Positions 48,800 to 58,150 of a stretch of 64,000 nucleotides of DNA are shown here, piece after piece. Under the pieces are notes generated by a model. That model did no database searches, was not told where the DNA came from, and saw only the letters and a list, made by a program, of their open reading frames with translations. Both the position numbers and the translations under genes were made by a program. The DNA is from a candidate division WWE3 bacterium (GTDB lineage: Bacteria; Patescibacteriota; WWE3; UBA101185; UBA10185), in the NCBI GenBank assembly GCA_052035175.1, contig JBPOHV010000001.1, forward strand, positions 169,569-233,568, written 5' to 3'. Numbering within the stretch: the first letter of the stretch is position 1; each line of letters starts with the position of its first letter.

Positions 48800-48922
48800 A
48801 TGAACACTCTTATATCTAAAATTAAGACTATGTTAAATATCGGTACCCCAGCAGCCTCAGAAGGTTGTTGTGAAGACGGCGGTTGCGAATGCGGTGGCAA
48901 TTGCGGTTGCGGTCATTGCTAA
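48800..48922 (+). CDS. 40-aa Cys-rich metallothionein-like peptide
   Basis: MNTLISKIKTMLNIGTPAASEGCCEDGGCECGGNCGCGHC*; 7 Cys and 1 His in the last 18 residues. Confidence 0.7.
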   Translation: MNTLISKIKTMLNIGTPAASEGCCEDGGCECGGNCGCGHC

Positions 48923-48947
48923 ATAGCATTATTTTGATTTAATCACT

Positions 48948-49997
48948 ATGCAGAAGAAAAAGGCTTATTTTGCCCTATTAATACTAGTTGTCCTTGGTTT
49001 ATTTGCTTATGTACGCTACTCAAACAAACTTGTCGATATTGCCCCTGATGTAATGGATGATCGAAAGCTTTCTGATGTACCAACAAATACTTCACCTATA
49101 CCTTTTGAAGATTTAACTGTTCCATACCTTCGGACACAATCATTTATTAGCCAATTGTCAGACTTAGACTTAGTTTCGCAGAATGGCAGTTATAAAAGCT
49201 ATCTTACGTCTTATACATCTGATAACTTGAAAATTAACGGTTTGCTAACGATTCCAGATGGTCAAAAACCAGATAATGGTTGGCCAGCGATAGTTTTTAT
49301 TCATGGTTATATACCGCCCACTTTATATAAGACACGTGGAAATTATGAAGCTTATGTTGATTATTTGGCAAAAAATGGTTTTGTCGTTTTCAAAATTGAT
49401 TTACGTGGGCACGATGCGTCAGAAGGTGAAGCAGGCGGTGCTTACTATAGTAGTGATTATATAAAAGACACTCTCAATGCTTATGCTGCTTTGCAATCTG
49501 CCGATTTTATAGATGCGTCAAAGATAGGTTTGTGGGGGCATAGCATGGCGGGAAATGTTGTTTTGCGTTCGATTGCTGTAGAAGAAAGTATTCCTGCTGC
49601 GGTGATTTGGGGTGGTGCTGTTTATTCTTATGAAGACATGCAAAAGTATGGGATTGACGATAATTCTTATCGACCCCCATCTCAAGATACAAGCAGGCAG
49701 CGCCGTCGCCAAGCATTGTTTGATGCACACGGCCAATTTGATCCAGCGAGTCCATTTTGGCAAAAAGTTGTACCGACTAATTATTTAGATAATATTTCTA
49801 CAGCTATTCAGCTCGACCATGCTGTAAACGATGATGTTGTTAATATAGGCTATAGTCGTGATTTATTTCAAATCTTGCAAACCAAAGGTATTACTAGTGA
49901 ATTAAACGAATACCCATCTGGTGGGCACAATATTACAAGTCCTAGCTTTGAAAAGGCTATGCAAGATACTGTGAGATTTTTTAATACTCATCTTTAG
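48948..49997 (+). CDS. S9/alpha-beta-hydrolase family peptidase, membrane anchored
   Basis: FIHGY, GLWGHSMAG, NDDVV, GGHN. Confidence 0.88.
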   Translation: MQKKKAYFALLILVVLGLFAYVRYSNKLVDIAPDVMDDRKLSDVPTNTSPIPFEDLTVPYLRTQSFISQLSDLDLVSQNGSYKSYLTSYTSDNLKINGLLTIPDGQKPDNGWPAIVFIHGYIPPTLYKTRGNYEAYVDYLAKNGFVVFKIDLRGHDASEGEAGGAYYSSDYIKDTLNAYAALQSADFIDASKIGLWGHSMAGNVVLRSIAVEESIPAAVIWGGAVYSYEDMQKYGIDDNSYRPPSQDTSRQRRRQALFDAHGQFDPASPFWQKVVPTNYLDNISTAIQLDHAVNDDVVNIGYSRDLFQILQTKGITSELNEYPSGGHNITSPSFEKAMQDTVRFFNTHL

Positions 49998-50042
49998 TTG
50001 TAATTTCTGCAAATACCAATGGTTTTTGGTAAACTGTCATTG

Positions 50043-50084
50043 GTATTGGGGGATCGCCTGCCTGCGCAGGCAGGTCTAATGGTA
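50043..50084 (+). repeat. Duplicate of the tRNA-Gln 5' end interrupted by an 18-bp perfect palindrome
   Basis: GTATTGGGGGATCG[CCTGCCTGCGCAGGCAGG]TCTAATGGTA versus 50098-50121. Confidence 0.9.
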
Positions 50085-50101
50085 TATGCTATACACAGTA
50101 T

Positions 50102-50175
50102 TGGGGGATCGTCTAATGGTAGGACATCGCACTCTGAATGCGGTAATTGGGGTCCGATTCCCTGTCCCCCAGCCA
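50102..50175 (+). tRNA. tRNA-Gln(CTG)
   Basis: TGGGGGA/TCCCCCA acceptor stem, CTCTGAA anticodon loop, G73, CCA; atypical T-loop TCCGATT. Confidence 0.92.
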
Positions 50176-50268
50176 TGAAAATGGCCAGACTGCGTTTTTT
50201 AAACATAGTTTCAAATGGCAATCAATCTGAATGAAAGGTTATGTTAAAGTCAGTGGCTAGTTAATATT

Positions 50269-51258
50269 ATGGATAAAACACTGGAAAAGTATGTTTCTAT
50301 ACTAGGTTTAGCCGATGATGTACTTATGTTTTGTCTTAGTGCAGCATTTGATAGTTATAGCAAACACAATATTGTGGAGAAAAGCTTTCAAGTATCACCA
50401 CATGAATCTGAAAATTCCACTACAGGTATTTTAATAGTAGTAACTGGTCTAGAAAGCTTCGTAAAGAGATTAGAATATATTGTAAAGTCAACAACTGATT
50501 ATGCAAAATATATACCTATTTTTAACTATACAGTGTGCAGTAAATGTAAGCTTACTAACTTCCTTCCGCTTTATGAAAAGGCATCTCAGATTATTGGCCA
50601 AGAACTTAACTTAAAATTCGAGGGTATAACGCTTAATCGCAAAATGGTCAATAACATGCTTCAGGAGCTATCTAAGGTTAGAAATAATATTACCCATAAT
50701 TATTTGTATGAATTTACCGTCCAGTATGACGAGGAATATAATCTTAAAGACTGGAACTATACCGACATTCCAAAGAACAAAGCGGGCATAAAAAATGATA
50801 AGACAAAATATATTGGCTTCAATAAGATACCAAATCAAATTTCATTCATGGATATCCTCAAAGCGATGCTTGTGTTTGATACTGTAATAAGACTAATGGA
50901 ACTCGCCATAAAAGGCATAAATTATAGATTTGGGGGTTATCACAAGCTAAACGGTAGCTATGTGCAAAGTTTTTATCAAGTATTTAATTATTACCTACTC
51001 GAGATGATTAAGTTGGGAAAAAAAGAAGATGCGCAGGAAATAAATGATCTAATAGTAAGAATAAGTACAATTTTACAAGTTGAATCTATTGATACTGAAA
51101 GCCTAGAATCTGGTTTGTTAAAGCATTTAAATAGATCTAATTTGCTTAGAGAGACGATAATCAACCACGTCAGCCTGTGTTCTAAATGTAATACCGAAAG
51201 CTTAATGATTAACTCATATGGCACTACAAATTGCTTGAATTGTACAATTGCTGCGTAG
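50269..51258 (+). CDS. Hypothetical protein with RxxxxH (HEPN-like) motif and CxxC pairs
   Basis: GLESF, RNNITH; CSKC twice and CLNC. Confidence 0.55.
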   Translation: MDKTLEKYVSILGLADDVLMFCLSAAFDSYSKHNIVEKSFQVSPHESENSTTGILIVVTGLESFVKRLEYIVKSTTDYAKYIPIFNYTVCSKCKLTNFLPLYEKASQIIGQELNLKFEGITLNRKMVNNMLQELSKVRNNITHNYLYEFTVQYDEEYNLKDWNYTDIPKNKAGIKNDKTKYIGFNKIPNQISFMDILKAMLVFDTVIRLMELAIKGINYRFGGYHKLNGSYVQSFYQVFNYYLLEMIKLGKKEDAQEINDLIVRISTILQVESIDTESLESGLLKHLNRSNLLRETIINHVSLCSKCNTESLMINSYGTTNCLNCTIAA

Positions 51259-51369
51259 TACCTTTTATGCTCTCTGATTTACCTAGTTTTATTCTAGAAG
51301 ATACACTAGGTATATTAGATTCCATAAAAACGTTCAATAGAAAGGCCGTGAATATACTACAATATAAAT

Positions 51370-51846
51370 ATGCAGAATAATGAAGAATACGTAAAAGATC
51401 AATTTAGAATTCTTGTTCATAGAGGACAGTTTAGAGATGTAGTAATGCATACATCGTTCATTAAAACAGTAATTAAGGACACTGCCTCAGTAACCATAAG
51501 ACCACCATTTAAAAAAGCGCTAGTGTTGTTAGGTTTAATTATTGATGACGCAGATGAAGAGAATTCATGTTATGCAGAGTCCTCGCAGCATAAAGCGAAC
51601 TACTTAGTAGAAATCAATAAGTTACGTGTTCAACGAAACAAACTTTTACATGACATTATGAGAGAGCGATTGCCACAGAAATATATAGATAACATAAGGG
51701 ACGAGATGAAAGGAAACATTTGGTTAATTTACTTTCGGTCACCACTAGTACGTAACTATTTTAAAAGTACATATGGCTATGATCCAAAGGACTTATTAAT
51801 TGTTTGGTCCAAGCATTATGGTAAATCCCAAATCATCGTGGATTAA
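51370..51846 (+). CDS. Hypothetical protein with RxxxxH (HEPN-like) motif
   Basis: INKLRVQRNKLLHD in a helical protein. Confidence 0.5.
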   Translation: MQNNEEYVKDQFRILVHRGQFRDVVMHTSFIKTVIKDTASVTIRPPFKKALVLLGLIIDDADEENSCYAESSQHKANYLVEINKLRVQRNKLLHDIMRERLPQKYIDNIRDEMKGNIWLIYFRSPLVRNYFKSTYGYDPKDLLIVWSKHYGKSQIIVD

Positions 51847-51934
51847 AATCATTAGGCTTTCGATCGACATGCTCAGCCATATATCCTGGAGAAATAATGT
51901 ACAGGATAGACTTGACCTTCTACAATTAGCCACA

Positions 51935-52525
51935 ATGACAAAAATAGAAAGTCTATTAGAATTCACTAAGTTTTGTAATAAATTCCAACAAACACAAAGG
52001 CAAATTCGAGTTGTAGGAGAAGCCCGAAAAGAGAATGATGCAGAACACAGTTTTCAAGTCGCACTCACATGTTGGTATTTGATTTCAGAATATAAACTCG
52101 ATCTGGATATAACAAAAGTTTTAAAATACGCTTTAGCCCATGATCTTCCAGAAGCTATAACTGGAGACTATTATTTCGAGCTAGATAGTCAGAAACAAAA
52201 AGAAAAAGAAGATGCAGAAAAAGTCGCAATAGATAAATTGGGCAATATGTTTCCTAACTTTGCTGAGTTAGCAAATCTATTGGAAGATTATAATAATAAA
52301 ATAGATAAAGAAGCACGCTTTGTAAATGCAACAGAAAAATTGATTCCTGTTATAAATATTTTTTTAGATAAAGGCAAAACATGGAAAGAAGAAAATATGA
52401 CTTGGGATATATTAATTCCTAATAAAGATAAAAAGATTTCTATATCAGATCTACCAAGTGAGCTATGGGAAGAATTTAAACCGATTATTGAAGAATCTGG
52501 CTTGTTACCAAAAACAAAGTCTTAG
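51935..52525 (+). CDS. HD-domain hydrolase (YfbR/HDDC2-like)
   Basis: ENDAEHSF, ALAHDLPEAITGD; start moved to the ATG after TACAAT. Confidence 0.9.
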   Translation: MTKIESLLEFTKFCNKFQQTQRQIRVVGEARKENDAEHSFQVALTCWYLISEYKLDLDITKVLKYALAHDLPEAITGDYYFELDSQKQKEKEDAEKVAIDKLGNMFPNFAELANLLEDYNNKIDKEARFVNATEKLIPVINIFLDKGKTWKEENMTWDILIPNKDKKISISDLPSELWEEFKPIIEESGLLPKTKS

Positions 52526-52627
52526 TATTCGATAAGGAACGTATGTGCATTAACAGCGCTTTCATTTATAAAAGACTACGGTTAGAAAGAGCTAACTAAC
52601 TTCCGCAATAGTATATACTGTTATTGT

Positions 52628-53086
52628 ATGAAAGAAGTTCAAATAGATACAAACAATATTGAACAAATCGACAAGATTTTAGAAGCAGCAACGAAAGTAT
52701 TCAATCCCTCACAAGAAGAACTAGAAAAGTATCATAAGAAAGAAGTTTGGCTCAAAAAGATTTCAGATGGCGGTCTTTTAGTTTCAATAACTTTAGACAA
52801 CATGATTGTTGCTTTTGCTATATGTGAAAAGAGAAGTAATAAACTTCATATATGGAATGTTGGTGTGCTAAGCGACTATAGAAAGTTAGGTTTGTGGAAA
52901 CAAATGCACGCCTTAATCATAAAGCATGCCAAGCGGGAAGGGTTTGAAAAAATTACTTTGAATACATATAAAGAGAAATTTCCTAATATGTATACATTTG
53001 TATCAGAGCATGGTTATAAAGAAATTTCTAAAGAATTTGATGAAATGCAAAATGCAACCAAGTCCCACTTTGAGCTTATTTTATAA
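52628..53086 (+). CDS. GNAT acetyltransferase
   Basis: VGVLSDYRKLGLW acetyl-CoA motif A. Confidence 0.85.
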   Translation: MKEVQIDTNNIEQIDKILEAATKVFNPSQEELEKYHKKEVWLKKISDGGLLVSITLDNMIVAFAICEKRSNKLHIWNVGVLSDYRKLGLWKQMHALIIKHAKREGFEKITLNTYKEKFPNMYTFVSEHGYKEISKEFDEMQNATKSHFELIL

Positions 53087-53112
53087 TCCGACTAATGGTT
53101 TATAATACCCAT

Positions 53113-53577
53113 ATGTATAACCACGAACCGCAAGATTATAAATGTCCTTTATGCGCTATTCGCGATGGAGTTGAAGGTGATTTCCCATACACAAAACAAG
53201 CAGATATCTTTTTTCAGGATGAAGATTTAGTTGGAATCATTGCCTCACATGGGTGGGAAACAAACAAAGGTCATGTACTAGTATTTCCAAAAAAACACAC
53301 AGAAAATATTTTTGATATTGAAGATGCACTTTTGTCTAAAATACATACCTTTGCAAAGAAAGTTGCGCAAGTATTGAAAGATGAATATAAGTGTGAAGGT
53401 ATTACAATAAGACAAAACAATGAGCAACCTGGTGACCAAGATGTGTGGCATTATCATGTCCATGTATTTCCAAGGTATATTGGAGATAATATTAATCAAA
53501 TACCAGGGTTAAGAAAGCAAAGTGATACTAAAGAACGTGCCGAGTATGCAGCTAGACTAAGAAAACATTTCTCATAA
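53113..53577 (+). CDS. HIT family hydrolase
   Basis: CPLC, GHVLV, HYHVHV. Confidence 0.92.
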   Translation: MYNHEPQDYKCPLCAIRDGVEGDFPYTKQADIFFQDEDLVGIIASHGWETNKGHVLVFPKKHTENIFDIEDALLSKIHTFAKKVAQVLKDEYKCEGITIRQNNEQPGDQDVWHYHVHVFPRYIGDNINQIPGLRKQSDTKERAEYAARLRKHFS

Positions 53578-53595
53578 ATATACTATAATCAACAT

Positions 53596-54227
53596 ATGGC
53601 GTCAGTGTTCAAAGTAACTATCTTAGATAATTCAGCTTTACAAAACTACAAAGACAAAGCTATGGAAGAACTCGATGTGTGGTTCGAAAAAGTATGGCCT
53701 TATACTGCACCAAAGTTATTTGTCGTCGATGACAGAAAAACAATAGATGCTCTTTTGGAGCAAAAAACTGAAGATTGGGTTATGGGGTGGAGTTGGGGAA
53801 GAAACGCAGTATTTATCCTAAATCCTGCAAATATTTCTACCGAAAGCTGTCACGATGCAAGTAAATATAACTATGGACATCTAATCAACATGAGTTAGCC
53901 CATTCTTATTTTCAAATAAATTTTGGGCAATGTAATTTCGCATGGATTAATGAAGGAGTTTCTATATATGTCGCTGGGCAACTTGAAAAATATACGATGC
54001 CATTAGAATTTGATGGATTTTTGGATGACAAAAAGATATATCAAGAATCAGGAAATGCAATAAAGTTGATTGTTGATCATTTTGGGAAAGATACTCTTTT
54101 TGACTTTTTAAGAAATCAAAGCAGTATCGAAGATATATCAGAACTAAAAGAAGCTTTCAAAAAAATTTTTAATGCAGAACTGAATTATTCATTTTTTAAT
54201 ACTTTGAGAAATGAGTATTCCAAATGA
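53596..54227 (+). pseudogene. Frameshifted gluzincin (peptidase MA-like) gene
   Basis: ORFs 53596-53898 and 53997-54227 join via one missing base near 53887, restoring HELAH...WINEG. Confidence 0.8.
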
Positions 54228-54718
54228 ATACTAGACCTACAAAAATACTACTACTAGGTATATCGGGAGCAGGGAAGTCTACATTGGCTCCGTTGTTGGC
54301 TGAATTTTATAAACTTAATGTATATGAAGCCGATGATGAAGTAATGATAATAAACAATAATGTATGGCCACACGACGATGCAACCGTTGATAAGGGTTTT
54401 GCAATAGCAAATGAAAAAGCTTTGAATTCAGACAACATTATATTCGTTACATCTTGGCTTAATAAAAAAGATTTTCTTAAATTTGTAGAAAAAGAATTTA
54501 AAATAGTAGAACTGCACGCTGATTTAGACGAGTTAGTAGTAAGAAAACAAACGCGTGACAACTCTAGCGAAGATCACATCCTCAGATTTCGTAATGCATA
54601 TCCAGAGTACTTAGAATTAATAAATGATGCAGATCTAAAATCAAACTTTACACTAAGTGTCGATACAACACGCTTGTCTGCAGATGAACTGTTTAAATTA
54701 ATTGGCTTAAGACTTTGA
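54224..54718 (+). CDS. P-loop nucleotide/shikimate-kinase-like protein
   Basis: GISGAGKST, R...RD lid. Confidence 0.8.
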   Translation: MNTRPTKILLLGISGAGKSTLAPLLAEFYKLNVYEADDEVMIINNNVWPHDDATVDKGFAIANEKALNSDNIIFVTSWLNKKDFLKFVEKEFKIVELHADLDELVVRKQTRDNSSEDHILRFRNAYPEYLELINDADLKSNFTLSVDTTRLSADELFKLIGLRL

Positions 54719-54719
54719 G

Positions 54720-55259
54720 TTAGTTCCCAATGATTACTATATTTTTGACAACACTTTTTAAGGAGTATCCCATGAGTAAAAAATCTTCAATTATGAAATC
54801 ATGGCGCTCATCTTGGTACGAGATTACAAATGTTCTTCCTTCTTTTTGAAAAATAAATATATCTTGAAATGCAATACTTCGATCACTCATTTCTTCCTTT
54901 TTTAATGTAAAGCCTTCTATATCGTTTATTTTTACTGGGGTGTATTTGTCGTATCTTTTTAAAGTATCAGTAATATCTTCTATTTGAGATCTAACCACGA
55001 TTATTCCTATGAGCGCATCTTTTTTCTTAATCTCAAAGAATACAGTTTCATTACCATTGGGTAGATAATTATAATAACTCAAGTGTGTGTTCTGATCTGC
55101 ATTATATATGAAATGTTTGAAAGTCTCAGGATGGTATTTCCTAAAAACTCTTTGAGAAATAAGAGATACAAATGTACAACTTAGGCCGATAATAACAACA
55201 CAACAACCGACAGCAAAGAGCTTTTTGAAGATACTTTTACTATGATCTTCAGGTATCAT
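54720..55259 (-). CDS. Membrane-anchored hypothetical protein
   Basis: N-terminal TM; start moved to MIPE after TATAAT. Confidence 0.55.
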   Translation of the reverse strand: MIPEDHSKSIFKKLFAVGCCVVIIGLSCTFVSLISQRVFRKYHPETFKHFIYNADQNTHLSYYNYLPNGNETVFFEIKKKDALIGIIVVRSQIEDITDTLKRYDKYTPVKINDIEGFTLKKEEMSDRSIAFQDIFIFQKEGRTFVISYQDERHDFIIEDFLLMGYSLKSVVKNIVIIGN

Positions 55260-55285
55260 AGCTATATTATATAGCATCAATACTT

Positions 55286-55774
55286 TTATAAGTACTCAGG
55301 ATATAGTTTCAATCCTTCAAGTAACATCTTATGCTTGATCTCACTAGAATTAATTATTTGTTCTTTAGTTAAAGCTTGTGGGTTTTTTACATCAGCTCCG
55401 TACGGTTCCATAACTTTCTTACCTTTTGCTAAGAAAAAAAGTATGTGTCCTAACTTTGGGTATTTGTTTTTGAACTTTTCTGGCGCATCATCTTTTAAAG
55501 AGATTTCATAATAGCCAAAGTACTTCCACTGATTCAATTCTATTCCACCTTCTTCTAGTGCTTCGCGTTTCAATGCATCATCTATTGTTTCACCAGCTTC
55601 TACATGTCCGCCGATAGGCTCATTGTTCATAAGAATTACATTATTATTTTGATCAAAACACACACTAACTACACCAGTTGTATTTTTGATTAAATCTTTG
55701 TAATCTCCATTCAAATCTATATATGCCTTATAAGTTGAATGTCCCCAATCTTGTGTATCTATCAACACTTTCAT
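55286..55774 (-). CDS. NUDIX hydrolase
   Basis: GGHVEAGETIDDALKREALEEGG Nudix box. Confidence 0.92.
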   Translation of the reverse strand: MKVLIDTQDWGHSTYKAYIDLNGDYKDLIKNTTGVVSVCFDQNNNVILMNNEPIGGHVEAGETIDDALKREALEEGGIELNQWKYFGYYEISLKDDAPEKFKNKYPKLGHILFFLAKGKKVMEPYGADVKNPQALTKEQIINSSEIKHKMLLEGLKLYPEYL

Positions 55775-55821
55775 GCACTTATTGTAGCATCGCTAGTGAA
55801 TGGTTAGTTTATAATATTTCA

Positions 55822-56256
55822 ATGAGCTTATTGTGCTATACATTTTCTACATTTCCAGATATACAGTTTATAGAAAGACATAATATGTTTGTATTTCACA
55901 AACTAAAGTCAGACTTAATTGCATTTCTATCTCTTATAGAAAAAGTACAGCCAGATATAATTGTAGGTATTGCAAAAAGCCCTAACAGCAAGTCAAGGTT
56001 TGAACGAATGGCTATCAATAAGTTTAATCGTACGAAGTTGATAAATAAATCTGGAGAACCTTCGTATAAATTAAGCTATCCTGCTGAAGGTTATAAAAAT
56101 ATTTCTTTACACAAGTCTTATACTGATAGCTTTTGTAACTGGGTAATGTACAAGCTTTCTGAGCATTTATTGGAAAAAAGTATTCCACTACAGTTCATTC
56201 ATGTAGCTCCAAAAGATATCGATATTCTAGACGAATACCTGAAGTCTCTTTCATAA
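55822..56256 (+). CDS. Pyroglutamyl-peptidase I (C15)-like protein
   Basis: QPDIIVGIA, RFERMAIN, SFCN, FIHV. Confidence 0.65.
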   Translation: MSLLCYTFSTFPDIQFIERHNMFVFHKLKSDLIAFLSLIEKVQPDIIVGIAKSPNSKSRFERMAINKFNRTKLINKSGEPSYKLSYPAEGYKNISLHKSYTDSFCNWVMYKLSEHLLEKSIPLQFIHVAPKDIDILDEYLKSLS

Positions 56257-56275
56257 AATGATACTCTATTAACGT

Positions 56276-56386
56276 ATGGAATTATCCACAGATCAACAAA
56301 AAGCGTTAAACCAACTTCTGAAATGGTTTAACAATAAAAATAAAAATCAATACATCACACTCGGTGGTTATGCTGGTACAGGAAAA
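56276..56386 (+). pseudogene. Truncated 5' copy of the helicase gene at 61294
   Basis: 37 codons, 33 identical aa, first 29 nt identical; homology ends right after GGYAGTGK. Confidence 0.9.
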
Positions 56387-56398
56387 GGAGAGATGCGG

Positions 56399-56983
56399 TT
56401 ATATGTTGTAGGTATCTAATGGTTTCCATGTTTGTATTACTTTATTAGTATTTGAATCAACTATAAAATAATTACCACCATTATTTTCTGGTTGACTGTA
56501 TATAATACTTATCGTTTTTTTCAGTAAATATGACATATATAGTGCACCGACAGCACCATGACTAATTACTAAGATATCTTTATTTGAACTTTGCATAACA
56601 ATATCGGCTATTGTTTTTACTATACGCTTTTGTGCATCAGTAGCTGATTCCCATCCGCACACATTTTTCGTTGGATACTGGAAAAAGCTATTTACGTTAT
56701 GCATAAATGTCTCGTAGGGTTGGTACCCAGTAGATGTTCTATCAAATTCGCCTAATGATTTTATTTTTGTATAAGGCTTATTAAGATATGCACTTGCAAT
56801 ATCAGCGCCATCAACAGCTTTTTGTTCTTCGCTAGTAAAAATCTGATCAATTTTACTAAACCAACTTTGAAGATTAATCTTTTTAAATCTGTCTTTACCT
56901 TTTTCAGAAAGTGGCCATTTCTCAATCAATTCATTTTTATCTATTTCTACATCAGTGTGAGTTAAAAAAAATAAATATGACAT
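56399..56983 (-). CDS. Histidine phosphatase superfamily protein
   Basis: LTH (RHG-like) start, WPLSEKG, GWES, LVISHG. Confidence 0.8.
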   Translation of the reverse strand: MSYLFFLTHTDVEIDKNELIEKWPLSEKGKDRFKKINLQSWFSKIDQIFTSEEQKAVDGADIASAYLNKPYTKIKSLGEFDRTSTGYQPYETFMHNVNSFFQYPTKNVCGWESATDAQKRIVKTIADIVMQSSNKDILVISHGAVGALYMSYLLKKTISIIYSQPENNGGNYFIVDSNTNKVIQTWKPLDTYNI

Positions 56984-57068
56984 ATGTAGTACTTTGTATG
57001 AGTATTATACATAACATAAATGCTAATTTGGTAGGTCATGGTAGAATACCACAGGTTTGAGTAAACAT

Positions 57069-57608
57069 ATGATTTTAACTGGTTCAAAAATAGTAGAGGA
57101 ATTACATAATGGTTATATTACTTTAGTGCCATTTGAAGAATCTTTAATTAATCCCAATAGTTATAATTATCGACTCGGCACTGAAATAGTAGAAATAACT
57201 TACGATACAACAAATATTAATACTAGTCCTCAAAAAAACACCATTGTAATTCCAAATGAAGGCTATGTCTTACAGCCCCAAAAACTTTATTTGGCTGCAA
57301 CGCATGAAATAATCGGATCCACAAAGTATGTTCCTAGTCTAATAGGCAGATCTTCTTTAGGTAGACTTGGTTTATATCTTCAAATTACTGCTGATTTGGG
57401 TCATATAGGCACCTGCCATAAATGGACTTTGGAGTTGACTGTGGTACAACCCTTACGTGTATATGCTGGTATGAGGGTAGGCCAGGTTTCTTTTTGGGTG
57501 ACTGATGGTTTAGAAATGTTAAATGGGCATGAATACAAGAGTGAAAAAAATAATTATGCAAAATTTAGTAAACCTATGCATAGTCAAGTACGAAAATTGA
57601 TGGAGTAA
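57069..57608 (+). CDS. dcd: dCTP deaminase family protein, copy 1
   Basis: NPNSYNYRLG, GRSSLGRLG, WTLEL (catalytic Glu retained). Confidence 0.85.
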   Translation: MILTGSKIVEELHNGYITLVPFEESLINPNSYNYRLGTEIVEITYDTTNINTSPQKNTIVIPNEGYVLQPQKLYLAATHEIIGSTKYVPSLIGRSSLGRLGLYLQITADLGHIGTCHKWTLELTVVQPLRVYAGMRVGQVSFWVTDGLEMLNGHEYKSEKNNYAKFSKPMHSQVRKLME

Positions 57609-57611
57609 TTG

Positions 57612-58139
57612 ATGATATTAACAGGACCAAGAATTAAAGAAGAGTTTAAAAAGGGCAATATATTCATTGCACCTTTTAAAGACGATCAAATTAATCCTAA
57701 TTCTTATGATCTCAGACTAGGTAATGTTTTAAAAACATACAAATCTTTTGAATTAGATACTAAAAAAGAAAATGAAACTGACACTATAAATTTAACAGAA
57801 GCTGGGATAGTACTTTATCCTGATAAATTATACTTAGGGCATTCTCTCGAGACTGTTGGAAGTGATGTATATGTACCAGTGATTAGAGGAAAGTCTTCCA
57901 CTGGCAGACTAGGGTTGTTTGTACATATAACTGCTGACTTAATAGATATTGGATATAAAGGAACATACACGCTAATGCTACATGCCGTGCAGCCTGTTAG
58001 AGTTTTTCCTGGGATGCGGATTGGACAAGTTACCTTTTGGAAAGTATTTGGTGATATCAAATTGTATAAAGGGAAATATCAGGGCAGTACTGAACCATCT
58101 GCATCTCAAGTTTATAAGGACTTTAATTTGGAAGGTTAG
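57612..58139 (+). CDS. dCTP deaminase/dUTPase family protein, copy 2
   Basis: NPNSYDLRLG, GKSSTGRLG, LIDIGYKG, TLML (Glu replaced by Met), YKGKYQ. Confidence 0.85.
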   Translation: MILTGPRIKEEFKKGNIFIAPFKDDQINPNSYDLRLGNVLKTYKSFELDTKKENETDTINLTEAGIVLYPDKLYLGHSLETVGSDVYVPVIRGKSSTGRLGLFVHITADLIDIGYKGTYTLMLHAVQPVRVFPGMRIGQVTFWKVFGDIKLYKGKYQGSTEPSASQVYKDFNLEG

Positions 58140-58150
58140 CTTTTAATTTT

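Noticed and set aside
49994-50234. ORFs 49994-50221 (-) and 50019-50234 (+)
   Set aside because: They overlap tRNA-Gln and the palindrome; shadow ORFs.
56282-56290. Perfect DnaA box TTATCCACA, also present in the helicase start near 61300
   Set aside because: Single boxes inside coding sequence (L-S-T codons), duplicated with the gene fragment; no box cluster or other oriC context.
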